IMG/VR virus record: IMGVR_UViG_3300025679_000006
Length of the DNA: 64,000 bases
Direction: 5' to 3' (one strand)
DNA from: an uncultured virus (IMG/VR IMGVR_UViG_3300025679_000006)
Lineage: Duplodnaviria; Heunggongvirae; Uroviricota; Caudoviricetes
Shown piece by piece: positions 18,458 through 28,328 of this stretch. Position 1 is the first letter of the stretch. The number at the start of each line of letters is the position of its first letter. The notes beneath the pieces are model-generated. The model was not told where the DNA came from, made no database searches, and saw only the letters and a program-made list of their open reading frames with translations. Both the position numbers and the translations under genes were made by a program.

Positions 18458-19378
18458 ATGGCTACACCAGCGATGAAAGCAAAACTCGAAAAAGCAAAGA
18501 AGTTGTTTAAGGCAGCAAAGGAAGTTTCAACTTCCTCAGGCGGTGGAGATTTGCCGGATGCAGCGTACAAGTCGAAGGTAATTGACGCGAAGGGGCCAAT
18601 GGAATCCAAGAACAAAGGGACTCTCCAGGCTATAATTCAGTTCGAGATTACAGCCGGGGAATACAAGGGCGAGAAGGTTATGCAATTCTCCAACCTTGAA
18701 AACGAAATCGGAATGGGGATCTTAATCCGTACCTTGAATCTTTGCGGGTACGACGTTGAGGACTTCGACGGTATCGAGTCTGCCCTTCTTGAGATGAAAA
18801 AGGACAAGCCTCAACTGCGAATTGTTCTGAAGACCAAAGGCGAGTACCAGAACATCAACGTTAACAAAGTCTTAACCGGCGACGAAGGCGAAGATGGAGA
18901 CGACGGGGATGCAACTCCCGAAGACGCCTCTGCCGAGCCCACCATTGAAGAAGGTTCGAAAGTTACCTTCAAGAATAAAGGCGAGGACATGCTAGGCGAG
19001 GTCGTCGAGATCGTTGACGAGAACACAGTCCGCGTCAAAGCCGAAGACGGCAAGACATACAAACTCGCAGCCGACAAAATCGAGCTGGCCGAGGATGCAG
19101 CTCCAGAAGACGTTACGCCGGAAGACGCTACCCCGGAAGATGACGTTGTCCCCGAGGAACCGGCAGCAGACGACGATGCGGTTACTCTGGAAGAAGGATC
19201 TGCCGTTACGTTCAAGGTCAAAGGCGCAGAAATGAACGGAGAGATCGTTGAGATTGTTGACGACGAGACTGTTCGCGTTAAGGCTGAAGACGGCAAGACT
19301 TACAAGCTTGGCACCGATAAGATCGAAGCAGCCAAGAAGGTCGAGAAGAAGAAGGTCAAGAAGGTTATCAAAAAATAA
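18458..19378 (+). CDS. SSB-like (DUF669-like) protein with acidic linkers and a duplicated C-terminal domain
   Basis: LPDAAY...FEITAGEYKGEK N-domain; two 48-aa repeats. Confidence 0.6.
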   Translation: MATPAMKAKLEKAKKLFKAAKEVSTSSGGGDLPDAAYKSKVIDAKGPMESKNKGTLQAIIQFEITAGEYKGEKVMQFSNLENEIGMGILIRTLNLCGYDVEDFDGIESALLEMKKDKPQLRIVLKTKGEYQNINVNKVLTGDEGEDGDDGDATPEDASAEPTIEEGSKVTFKNKGEDMLGEVVEIVDENTVRVKAEDGKTYKLAADKIELAEDAAPEDVTPEDATPEDDVVPEEPAADDDAVTLEEGSAVTFKVKGAEMNGEIVEIVDDETVRVKAEDGKTYKLGTDKIEAAKKVEKKKVKKVIKK

Positions 19379-19437
19379 ACGACCGCCAAGTCGATAAAAT
19401 ACCGGGGACGTTGTTGAGTCCCCGGCGGAAGGATAGA

Positions 19438-19752
19438 ATGACTCTAGACGAAAGACAACAGGCAACAAACGAATTCTTCGAAGGCTGTAAGAACATTATG
19501 GCCCAGAAGGGTAAGGACTACAACCCGGACGGCACGGCCTTCGCCGAGACCGAAGCGGAAGCAAAAGAGATCGGGGTTACCCCGCTGAAGGTTCTGTGGA
19601 TTCTTATGCGTAAACACTTAAGCGCAATTATCGCCTACGTTCAGAAAGAAGGTTTAGTCTCCGAGCCGATAGAGTCTCGGCTTATGGACGTGGCAAACTA
19701 CATGGCTTTAATGTACGCTTGGATTCAAGCTAACAAAAAGAAAGGCCCTTGA
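19438..19752 (+). CDS. Nucleotide-modification-associated helical domain (Nmad1/DUF1599-like, MazG-like)
   Basis: KGKDY...ESRLMDVANY pattern. Confidence 0.55.
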   Translation: MTLDERQQATNEFFEGCKNIMAQKGKDYNPDGTAFAETEAEAKEIGVTPLKVLWILMRKHLSAIIAYVQKEGLVSEPIESRLMDVANYMALMYAWIQANKKKGP

Positions 19753-19934
19753 TGAAAACAATGGACGTATATATCGTTGACAAACGTTCTTCTGGTGGAA
19801 CAGTATTAAGCAGAAAGATTGTCCAAGCAAAAATTATCGAAGAAAGAAAATATACGGTGCTTGTTGAACTCCCGGACGGAAGGCAAATTATTAGGAAAAG
19901 AAAAAGAGACATACCCAATGCACAACAATCTTAA
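19749..19934 (+). CDS. Small basic protein, paralogue of 62087-62263
   Basis: VQAKIIEER..TVLVELPDG...RKRKRDIP aligns with the late-region copy. Confidence 0.7.
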   Translation: MMKTMDVYIVDKRSSGGTVLSRKIVQAKIIEERKYTVLVELPDGRQIIRKRKRDIPNAQQS

Positions 19935-21819
19935 GATCAAAGACAACGTCGTTGGGTACGACACGGAAACAACTGGCCTTTGCCCATATGGGGAATTGAA
20001 GCGTTGGGGATTCGAGCCGGCTCGCCCCTTTGCTTTCTCCTTCTTTGACACAGACGGCAACTCAGCTTACTTCCGGCTGGAGGTAGACCCCTTCACACGC
20101 CGGGTAATCCCGAACGTCGCCGTTCTTAAAGAGGTCCAGTCAATCTTGGTTAACCACAAAATCCGAAAGGTCGGGCACAACCTCGGCTTTGATATTCGGA
20201 TGTCGCACTTTTCAAAGCTCCTCGTTAACGGCCCGGTCGAGGACACACTCAACCTCGCCCACGTTATTACTGGAGGAGACGAGCTTTCCTATGCTCTTAA
20301 GTCTCTCGGGGTGAAGTACCTTGACTTCTCGGACGACGACGAATCGGAGCTGGGCGTTGCAACCCTCAAGGCCCGGAACAAAGGCAAGAAGCTTGGGTGG
20401 TGCTTGGCTACAGACGACTCCGGAGTGTTCGGAAGCAAGCCTTGGAAGTCGGATATGTGGATGGCTCCCCCAGAGCTTTTGGAGAAGTACGCAGTAGGCG
20501 ACGCGGAGAGAACAATCCTCTTCTACCTCCTTTGGCGCGAGGACGTTCGGAAGGACAAGAACCTTGAACGTGTTTATCAAAGAGAGATGAAGATCTTCCA
20601 CATTATCCGAGAGATGGAAGAACGCGGGGTGCGGGTCTTCCCCGACCACCTTAAGGTTCTGCGCAAGGACTACGAGCTGTACCAAAAGAAGTGGTGGAAA
20701 ACTGTGGTAGCAAACGGCGGAAAAGATTTGAACTTCCGTTCTCCGCCACAGATGGTTAACGAATTCATTGTCAAAAGAAAATACAGACCTCTCAAAGATA
20801 CCGCTGGCGGAAAACCAAAGGTAGACGGAGAGTTCCTTAAATATATAGCGGACAAAGGGGACAAGCTCGCCAAAGCAATCCTTGAATACAATGGCGCAGC
20901 CCACATGATTGACTCTTTCATTGACCCCTACGAAACGTTCCAAGTCCAAGAGTCGCCGGGGGTGTGGGTTCTCCACACCAACTACCGACAGTGCGGGCCG
21001 GTTACCGGGCGTTTCTCCGCGAGCGACCCCAACTTAATGCAGGTGGCTGCTCCAGACGGCGGGAAGAAGCGTACAGAAGTTAATCTCCGCCCAAGAGAAG
21101 CCTTCGGCCCTCGGCCCGGCCACTATTGGTACATGCCGGATTACTCCCAGATTGAAGTCTGGTTGTTCGCCTACGCTTCTGGGGAAGAAGCGATGTGCAG
21201 AGAGTTGATGTCGGGCCGGGACTTCCACGGCTCAATTGCTAAACAGGTCTGGGGAGAAAAACCGGACTATGTTGAGCACGCTTCCCACTACCGCAAGAAG
21301 GGGAAGCTTATTATGTTCTGTAAAGTTTACGGGGGTGGGGCGCAAGCTGTCGCCAACTTGCTCGGCTGTACAAAGGAAGAGGCAGCAGAGTTCATCGAAG
21401 AGTACGACAGCAAGCTTCCGGGGATTAAAATATTCATGAAGCGCATGGTCAACAAGGTAGAGCGCGAAGGAAAGTTTTACCATCCTCTTGGTCGGCAGTT
21501 TTTCTTCGAGCCCAAGTGGTCTTACAAGTCTGTCAACTATTTGATTCAAGGGTTGGCAGCAGACATTATGAAAGAAGCAATGATAGCGGTGGACGCCGTC
21601 CTTAAAGAGAAGTGGCCCGGCGCACACCTGCTTCTAACTCTTCACGACGAACTGGCCATTGAAGTTCCAGAACGTTTACATTCTAAAAGATTAATGCGAG
21701 ACTTGGTAACGGCAATGCAAGGAGAGTTTCACAAGTTGGTGAACTGCCCGGTGAAGCTACCAGTCTCAATGAAGTATACAAAATCTAACTGGAGTAAGTT
21801 AACAGAGATTAAGCTCTAG
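19918..21819 (+). CDS. Family A DNA polymerase with 3'-5' exonuclease
   Basis: YDTETTG, HNLGFD, TGRFSASDPNLMQ, DYSQIE, NYLIQG.AAD, LHDE. Confidence 0.95.
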   Translation: MHNNLKIKDNVVGYDTETTGLCPYGELKRWGFEPARPFAFSFFDTDGNSAYFRLEVDPFTRRVIPNVAVLKEVQSILVNHKIRKVGHNLGFDIRMSHFSKLLVNGPVEDTLNLAHVITGGDELSYALKSLGVKYLDFSDDDESELGVATLKARNKGKKLGWCLATDDSGVFGSKPWKSDMWMAPPELLEKYAVGDAERTILFYLLWREDVRKDKNLERVYQREMKIFHIIREMEERGVRVFPDHLKVLRKDYELYQKKWWKTVVANGGKDLNFRSPPQMVNEFIVKRKYRPLKDTAGGKPKVDGEFLKYIADKGDKLAKAILEYNGAAHMIDSFIDPYETFQVQESPGVWVLHTNYRQCGPVTGRFSASDPNLMQVAAPDGGKKRTEVNLRPREAFGPRPGHYWYMPDYSQIEVWLFAYASGEEAMCRELMSGRDFHGSIAKQVWGEKPDYVEHASHYRKKGKLIMFCKVYGGGAQAVANLLGCTKEEAAEFIEEYDSKLPGIKIFMKRMVNKVEREGKFYHPLGRQFFFEPKWSYKSVNYLIQGLAADIMKEAMIAVDAVLKEKWPGAHLLLTLHDELAIEVPERLHSKRLMRDLVTAMQGEFHKLVNCPVKLPVSMKYTKSNWSKLTEIKL

Positions 21820-21829
21820 AAGAAGGTGT

Positions 21830-23998
21830 ATGGACTCAGCAAAAGAACGCGTAGATAGAATTCTTAAACCGTTTAAGCAGCACGGAGTTATATTCAATCA
21901 TACGAACAACACCCAAGCTTATGGGGATTGCCCCTTTACCGGGGCGAAGGATAAATTCTACGTCAACCAGAAGACTGGTCTTTGGGATTCGAAGACCGCA
22001 GGTCTGTCCGGGGGGTTAACAAAGTTCCTCGAGGAGATTAACAAGCAGAACAAGAAGGACATGGATCCAAAGATGTTGAGCAAGCTGGCGATTAATCGCG
22101 GGCTCCCTCTTTCAGCCTTTGAAGACTTTGAGTTCGGAAATTCTGGAGAAGGATACACGCTTGCAATTCGGAACGAAAAAGGAGACTTGGCGGATCTTAA
22201 AAGTTATCGACTTGGTGGGGTGCTGTTTGGAACAGCAAACCGCAGCACTTATCTTTTCAACTCTTCGCTTCTTGTTACGTCCCCCACCGTCCACCCTGTC
22301 TATCTTTGCGAAGGGGAGTGGGATACTATCGCAATGAACTGGTTGCTCAGAAAGCTTAACGTGAAAGCCGTCGCAGTTGGAGTCCCCGGCGCGAACACGT
22401 TCAAGCACGAGTGGGCCCCGCTATTCAAAGGACGCGACGTTATAATTTGCTACGACAACGACGAAGCCGGAGAACAGGGAGAAGTTCTGGTCAAGGACAA
22501 ACTCCACGGTATTGCGAACTCGGTGTCTTATCTACACTGGCCTTTGAAGCTTCCCTCGGGATACGACCTAAGGGACTTCATAATAAAGTTTGCCATTAAA
22601 GAGAAAAAACCAAACGGGGCATATACCGTAATCAAAGATATGCTCCGGGCTATCCCCCGCAAAGAAGCAAACGCAGGAGGATCCGTTGCAGACAAGGTTG
22701 ATATAAAGAAAAGGGTGAACCAGTTTGAAGGCAAGATTGTAACTTTCGAAACGGTCGAAAGGACATTTAGAAAGTGGTTAAAGCTGGAGGACGTTGACGC
22801 AGTTCGGGCTTGCTTCGCTACTATCCTTTCCACCCAGATGATGGGCGACCCGGTCTGGATGTTCCTAGTCGCTGCGCCGGGCGGTTGTAAGACGGAAATT
22901 ATAAACTCGTTTAACAAATGCTCGAACGTCTATCTTACCTCCAGTTTAACGCCCCACTCTTTGGTCTCGGGGTCGAACATGGGCGGGGGAGATCCTTCGA
23001 TGCTCCCCAAGCTCCATATGAAATGTCTTTGTATTAAGGACTTCACCGTTATCTTCAATAAGAAAGACAACGAGAGAGACGAGATCTTCTCAATCTTCCG
23101 GGACGCCTACGACGGCAACACGTCAAAGGATTTTGGGAACGGCATCAAGAGAGAATACCATGTCCACTTCTCGATGTTGTGCGGGATGACGCCGGTAATC
23201 TATGGGATGGCCAGTCAAGCCGGGCTGGGAGAAAGATTCGTTAAGTTTTATATGGGCGGGTCTATCGACCACCCCATGGAGTTTGACATTATTGAGAAGG
23301 CAATCGGGAATGTTTCTCAAGAGTTCGAAATGCGAGAAGAACTTGCAGACGTTGTAGAAGCTTACATGAAGGTTCTAATGGCAAGAATAACCAAGCCCGG
23401 ATTCAAACATCCAACGATCCCCCAAGAGATCAAACACAAATTAATAAACGCCGTTCAATATGCCTCCAACATGCGCGGGACTGTAATGCGCGACAATCGA
23501 AACAACGATATTGTTACGGGTCGCCCTTTCCGCGAGGTCGGTACCCGCTTCGGAAAAACGTTGGCGAAGTGGATGATTAACTTGGCGACAACGGCATTTA
23601 GGGATGTGGTAAACGAAGACGACTTTCGGATGGCGAAGAAAATGATTCTGGACACCATAGACCAAAGGACTGAAGAGGTCGTCCGTAAGATATACGCCGT
23701 TACACCGCACGTTGACGATTCAATTTCCAGCAAGGAGATTGCGACCAAGACTCTTTACAACTCAACAACAATCCTCCGCATTCTGAACGATATGAATATG
23801 CTGAAGATCCTTAGGCGCGTAGGGACGGCACAAAAATGGGAGTGGCAGGTTGCACCGGGGATTCGTAAGCTGCTCGAAGGTTCAGGCATCTACACGTTGA
23901 AGTCCGAAGTTGAAAGGGTGCGCCTTGATTATGAATCTTTTGAAACGCGTTCGAACGCCCGGAAGAAAAAGGTTATCTTAAAGAGGAAAGCAAAATGA
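21830..23998 (+). CDS. Primase (TOPRIM)-helicase fusion
   Basis: CPF zinc-finger remnant, CEGEWD, YDND.AG, DLRD; C-terminal P-loop AAPGGCKT of AAA+/MCM-like type. Confidence 0.85.
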   Translation: MDSAKERVDRILKPFKQHGVIFNHTNNTQAYGDCPFTGAKDKFYVNQKTGLWDSKTAGLSGGLTKFLEEINKQNKKDMDPKMLSKLAINRGLPLSAFEDFEFGNSGEGYTLAIRNEKGDLADLKSYRLGGVLFGTANRSTYLFNSSLLVTSPTVHPVYLCEGEWDTIAMNWLLRKLNVKAVAVGVPGANTFKHEWAPLFKGRDVIICYDNDEAGEQGEVLVKDKLHGIANSVSYLHWPLKLPSGYDLRDFIIKFAIKEKKPNGAYTVIKDMLRAIPRKEANAGGSVADKVDIKKRVNQFEGKIVTFETVERTFRKWLKLEDVDAVRACFATILSTQMMGDPVWMFLVAAPGGCKTEIINSFNKCSNVYLTSSLTPHSLVSGSNMGGGDPSMLPKLHMKCLCIKDFTVIFNKKDNERDEIFSIFRDAYDGNTSKDFGNGIKREYHVHFSMLCGMTPVIYGMASQAGLGERFVKFYMGGSIDHPMEFDIIEKAIGNVSQEFEMREELADVVEAYMKVLMARITKPGFKHPTIPQEIKHKLINAVQYASNMRGTVMRDNRNNDIVTGRPFREVGTRFGKTLAKWMINLATTAFRDVVNEDDFRMAKKMILDTIDQRTEEVVRKIYAVTPHVDDSISSKEIATKTLYNSTTILRILNDMNMLKILRRVGTAQKWEWQVAPGIRKLLEGSGIYTLKSEVERVRLDYESFETRSNARKKKVILKRKAK

Positions 23999-24222
23999 AG
24001 AAAATAAAACTACAGTTCAAAGTATGTCCAGAATTCTTGGAGAAGAAGACGTGGGTGCCGGACGCGGTGCTGGTGGTGATTGTAGACCCGGAAGCCATCT
24101 TCTTGACGGGCCTGTTGGGTGAGTCGGGGCGCAAGATGGTGTTGGCCGGTGCGCCTTTCTATTTCACACGCCGGTTGGCAAAGAAGCTAATCGACAAGGG
24201 GATAGCGAAGGAGGTCGAATGA
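23995..24222 (+). CDS. Hypothetical protein
   Basis: GAGG RBS, ATGA overlaps. Confidence 0.55.
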   Translation: MKKIKLQFKVCPEFLEKKTWVPDAVLVVIVDPEAIFLTGLLGESGRKMVLAGAPFYFTRRLAKKLIDKGIAKEVE

Positions 24223-24545
24223 TTACTTGGATAACAGGTAACCGAGGCGCGGGGAAGAGCTTCTTAACACAAAAGTTACGCAGGCAGGGGGACGTTGTTC
24301 TCGATGGCCACAACATGAGGTTGATATGGCCGGGGTTGGGGTTCTCTAAAGAAGACCGCTGGGAGCAGAACTTGCGCATAGCTCGGCTGGCAAAGCTCAT
24401 GTCCGATCAAGGGCACAATGTCTTAGTGGCAACGGTATGCCCTTATAAAAACCTTAGAGACGAAGTCAATGCTATTACGGACTGCAGGTTTATATACTTG
24501 TCCGGTGGAAGTGGGGAGGATTGTCCTTATGAATACGAGATCTAG
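24219..24545 (+). CDS. cysC: Adenylylsulfate (APS) kinase-like protein, short
   Basis: WITGNRGAGKS, LDGHNMR, LGFSKEDRWEQNLRI, CPY, PYE motifs. Confidence 0.8.
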   Translation: MITWITGNRGAGKSFLTQKLRRQGDVVLDGHNMRLIWPGLGFSKEDRWEQNLRIARLAKLMSDQGHNVLVATVCPYKNLRDEVNAITDCRFIYLSGGSGEDCPYEYEI

Positions 24546-25323
24546 TTTACACTTTATATCGGGGTTGCCCCGCTCAGGTTCAACGTTGTTGGCTGCGATT
24601 TTAAAACAGAACCCGCGCTTTATGGCGGGCATGACCAGCCCGGTGTCGGGATTGTTTAGGGCCATTGAGGACGCTACCAGTGTGCGACAGGAGACATCGG
24701 TGTTCCTGTCCGACGACCAGCGTTCAGATATTCTTAAAGGTCTCTTTAACGCATACTATAAAAAGGTCAGCGCATATACTGGAGTTGTATTCGATACCTC
24801 ACGATTGTGGTGCGCCCGAACTTCTGCGTTAAACAAGTTGTTTCCAGACGCTAAGATGATCTGTTGTGTACGTGAGCTGGGGTGGATCGTGGACAACTTC
24901 GAAAGGCTTTACCGGCGGAACGGACAGAAGCCCTCCGCCATTTACAACTTCGACACCGGCGGAACGGTCTACTCCCGTTCAGAGGGGATTGCTTCCGGTG
25001 GTGGGGTTGTTGGGTTCGCATTCAATGCATTTAAAGAAGCATACTATTCTGAATTCTCGAAGAACCTCATGATCGTGGACTATGAGAACCTGTGTAAGAG
25101 CCCGGATAAAGTCATTGCCGGGGTTTATGATTTTATAGGGGAGGACAAATTCTCCCACGACTTTAATAACGTCGAATATAGCGCCGGGGAATTCGACAGA
25201 CTGTTGGGTGCGGAAGGTCTTCACGACGTTAAAGGCAAGGTCGAATGGAGACCTCGCAAAAGCATCCTTCCGCCGGATCTGTTTGAGCGTTATAGGAATG
25301 ATAATTTCTGGAGGTTAAAATGA
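24529..25323 (+). CDS. Sulfotransferase family protein
   Basis: SGLPRSGSTLL PAPS-binding loop; YENLCKSP; GGAGG RBS. Confidence 0.9.
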   Translation: MNTRSSLHFISGLPRSGSTLLAAILKQNPRFMAGMTSPVSGLFRAIEDATSVRQETSVFLSDDQRSDILKGLFNAYYKKVSAYTGVVFDTSRLWCARTSALNKLFPDAKMICCVRELGWIVDNFERLYRRNGQKPSAIYNFDTGGTVYSRSEGIASGGGVVGFAFNAFKEAYYSEFSKNLMIVDYENLCKSPDKVIAGVYDFIGEDKFSHDFNNVEYSAGEFDRLLGAEGLHDVKGKVEWRPRKSILPPDLFERYRNDNFWRLK

Positions 25324-26396
25324 GCAACGATACAATCAAGTGCCCGAAGTGTGAAACGGTTATAGACCTCACCGAGATTTTAAAGAAGAAGGTAGCGAAG
25401 GAAGTCGAGCAGGAGTTTGAGAAGAGACTTGACTCTGAAAAGAAAAGGATCAAGGAAGAAGCTCAAGAAGACGTTCGCAACCTCTCAGCCAGACTTCAAC
25501 TGTCAGAGAAGAATGAGCTCGAGCTGCGCAAGCAAAAAACCGACCTTGACGCTCGCGCCAAAAGCATGGATCTTGAGGTGCAAAGAAAGATTGACTCCGA
25601 GCGCAGTAAGATAGCCGAGTCGATAGCTAAGGATGCGGAAGAGCTACACCGGGCCAAGGACGCGGAGAAGGACAAGAAGATTGCGGACGCTCTGGCCCAA
25701 GTTGAAGAGATCAAAAGGAAGATGGAGCAGGGGAGTCAACAGACGCAAGGGGAGATTTTGGAACTCCAGATCGAGGACATCATACGCGCAGAGTTCCCCT
25801 TTGACATGATTGAGCCGGTTGCAAAGGGCGTGAAAGGTGGGGATATTCTCCAGACTGTTCGGGGCCGGGACGGGGAAGAAGCCGGGAAGATTCTCTGGGA
25901 ATTAAAGAGAACAAAAGGCTTCTCCGAAGGCTGGCTAGCCAAGATGAAGAACGACGCGAGGACTTGCAAGGCTTCAATCTGTATCCTCGCAACGGAGACT
26001 ATGCCAACGGGCGTACAACAATTCGCAATGATCGACGGAGTCTGGGTTACCACAATCCCCGCGTGTGTTCCGCTCTCCAGGGCCCTGAGGTTCGGGTTAA
26101 CACAGGTAGCAAGGGAGAGGGTAATGCAGTCCGGAAGGAAAGAGAAAGCCGAGATTATGTACGACTATCTAATCGGTCAAGAGTTCAAAGGAAGGGTCGA
26201 GGCGATAATCGACGGGTATCAAAGGATGAAGGGAGATCTTGAATCTGAAAGAGTCGTAATGGAAAAGATATGGGCCAAGCGCGAGAAGCAAATCAACTTG
26301 ATAACTTTTAACCTTGCCGGGATGCATGGGGAAATGGAAGCATTGGCCGGGGACGCTATCCCGAGCGTTAAGCTTCTGGAACTGGAGGCAAAATGA
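25320..26396 (+). CDS. DUF2130 family protein
   Basis: IKCPKC, coiled coil, SQQTQGE..E, KG.KGGD, ELKRTK, WAKREKQI. Confidence 0.85.
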   Translation: MSNDTIKCPKCETVIDLTEILKKKVAKEVEQEFEKRLDSEKKRIKEEAQEDVRNLSARLQLSEKNELELRKQKTDLDARAKSMDLEVQRKIDSERSKIAESIAKDAEELHRAKDAEKDKKIADALAQVEEIKRKMEQGSQQTQGEILELQIEDIIRAEFPFDMIEPVAKGVKGGDILQTVRGRDGEEAGKILWELKRTKGFSEGWLAKMKNDARTCKASICILATETMPTGVQQFAMIDGVWVTTIPACVPLSRALRFGLTQVARERVMQSGRKEKAEIMYDYLIGQEFKGRVEAIIDGYQRMKGDLESERVVMEKIWAKREKQINLITFNLAGMHGEMEALAGDAIPSVKLLELEAK

Positions 26397-27450
26397 TTGA
26401 GTCTGAAGGATTAGCAGAACCGATACCAGTGGCCGAGCCTCCTCCGGTTAGGATTAAAAGGAAGTATAAGAAAAGGAATGAAGTAAAACCAGAGGACGAA
26501 CCAAGCCATCTTGCGGTGTTCTTGGATACCGAATATGGAGAACAGGGGTGGGTACTATGAAAGCAATGACGGTGCAAGATTTAATAGCGAGGCTTCTGGA
26601 GTTCGACAGGCAGGACGAAGTGTTTATTGCAATACGTCATCCCAGAGAAGATAAACACTTCTATAAAGCTACAGCAGTAAGGATAGGGCTGGACGCGGGT
26701 AAACACATGGCGGAAATAATCGTACAATAGGAGGAGAAATGGAAGACCAAGATTACAAAGCGGGTAAAGAATTTTTCAACGACTTTATCGAGACTATTAA
26801 TCGTCTGGACACGAGCAGTCCTCCGATTAAGATCGACGAGATGAAGAAGGATGAGTTGGAACGGGGTGTTTTAATATTCAAAGAGATGATGGACAAAGGG
26901 TACTGGCGCGATCCAAGCCGGGATAAAAGCGAGAAGAAATAATGGTTTGTATTATTCACGATTGCCATTGTTTAACTTGCCCCGGCAGCACGAAGTTCCC
27001 CAACGACGGGGTGATGCGGTTCGGCGGGAGTCTTTGCAACTGCCCATGTCACGAGCTCAAAGGGTCGGAACGCGACGAGTTCATAAAAAGAAAGGAGGCA
27101 TTAAATGGATCCAGAGTTGAGAAGCGCGTTCTTGGCGTTGACGAAGTTGTTGGTTGAAAAGAAATCTATCAGCGAAGAAGAGAGTCGGTCTATCGAGGAC
27201 TATCTGTACCCACAGGATTAGGAGAAATATGAACTGGAAATTTTGGGAACCAAAAGAAAACATGGTTTTAAAGAATAAGCAAACGGCCAAGATGGAGGAC
27301 TTAACATATACCCGGAACCTTCAAGAGAAGCTTGCTTCCCTCGAGGTCGGGCAATGTTTCGCGTTGGCTTCGCGCCAAGGCCTTCACATTTTCAAATTGA
27401 TGCGTATTCAAGCGCATCCAGAACAGGAAGGAGACAAAAGTGGGCACTGA
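26393..27450 (+). other. Run of short hypothetical ORFs (incl. 26548-26730, 26739-26942, 26942-27157, 27154-27450)
   Basis: Tightly packed ORFs with RBS-like sequences, no recognisable motifs. Confidence 0.5.
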
Positions 27451-28168
27451 ACTCATGGACTCAAAGAATAAAAGAACAGCAGTGACCATCGCCAAAGTAG
27501 CCGGGGTTGGTGTAGTTGGATTTATTGTAGCACCGATGGTGTTTGTAGCTATTCAAGGAGTGGTAGGGATGCTGGTTGTTGGAGCCATCCTCCTCGTATC
27601 TTTCATGTGGATCCCCGTTGCAGTAGACTGGGCAGCAAACATGAAGCTTCAAGGGATTAAGTTCGTGGCTGGAAGGAATCCAGTTGAGACCTTGCAGAAC
27701 GACTACCAAAAGAAACAAGAAGCTCTTCAGACTTTCCGCCAGAAGATCGTGGACTTCGACTCTGCGATATCCATCTATCGGGATAAGGTGGAAGAGTTTA
27801 AAACCCGGTGGCCAGCGGACGCGCCGAAGTATGCTGCACAGTTGAAGACCATGTGCGACTTGCTTTCCTTACGCCAAAAGAAATACAAGGAAGCGGTTAA
27901 GACCTTGGACAACTACCAAGCTGAAATTGAAAAGGCCAGCGACATGTGGGATATGAGTGTTGCTGCTGCCAAGATGAACAAAGCCTCCGGGATGAACTCG
28001 GACGACTTCATGACAAAAATAAGGGTTGACACGTCCTACGACGCCATCCAAAAGAATATGGCCTCAGCCTTTGCCGAACTCGACACGTCTTTGATGGAGT
28101 CCGAAGACGAGAAGAACATGGGCAAGGTCATAGACGTAGACGCGGTCAAAGTAAGGAGCGACAATTGA
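27440..28168 (+). CDS. Membrane protein with two N-terminal TM helices and a long coiled coil
   Basis: Hydrophobic stretch at aa ~15-62 followed by a helical charged region. Confidence 0.75.
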   Translation: MGTELMDSKNKRTAVTIAKVAGVGVVGFIVAPMVFVAIQGVVGMLVVGAILLVSFMWIPVAVDWAANMKLQGIKFVAGRNPVETLQNDYQKKQEALQTFRQKIVDFDSAISIYRDKVEEFKTRWPADAPKYAAQLKTMCDLLSLRQKKYKEAVKTLDNYQAEIEKASDMWDMSVAAAKMNKASGMNSDDFMTKIRVDTSYDAIQKNMASAFAELDTSLMESEDEKNMGKVIDVDAVKVRSDN

Positions 28169-28328
28169 TAGTCAAGATCATAGCGACCGTAGTAGTTCTA
28201 ATGATGATTGGCGGGGCTATTTTGTTTTTCGCTGCTGGTCAAGGATCTTCTAATCGGCATGCGCCGGATAGAAGCGAAGACGCTTTTAAAACAATAAAGA
28301 TGTAACCATTTTTGGAGAGGACAACTCG

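Noticed and set aside
19402..19425. 8-bp GC hairpin after the SSB-like gene (similar small hairpin at ~1691-1702)
   Set aside because: No U-tract, so not called as a terminator; may be an mRNA stability element but unsupported.
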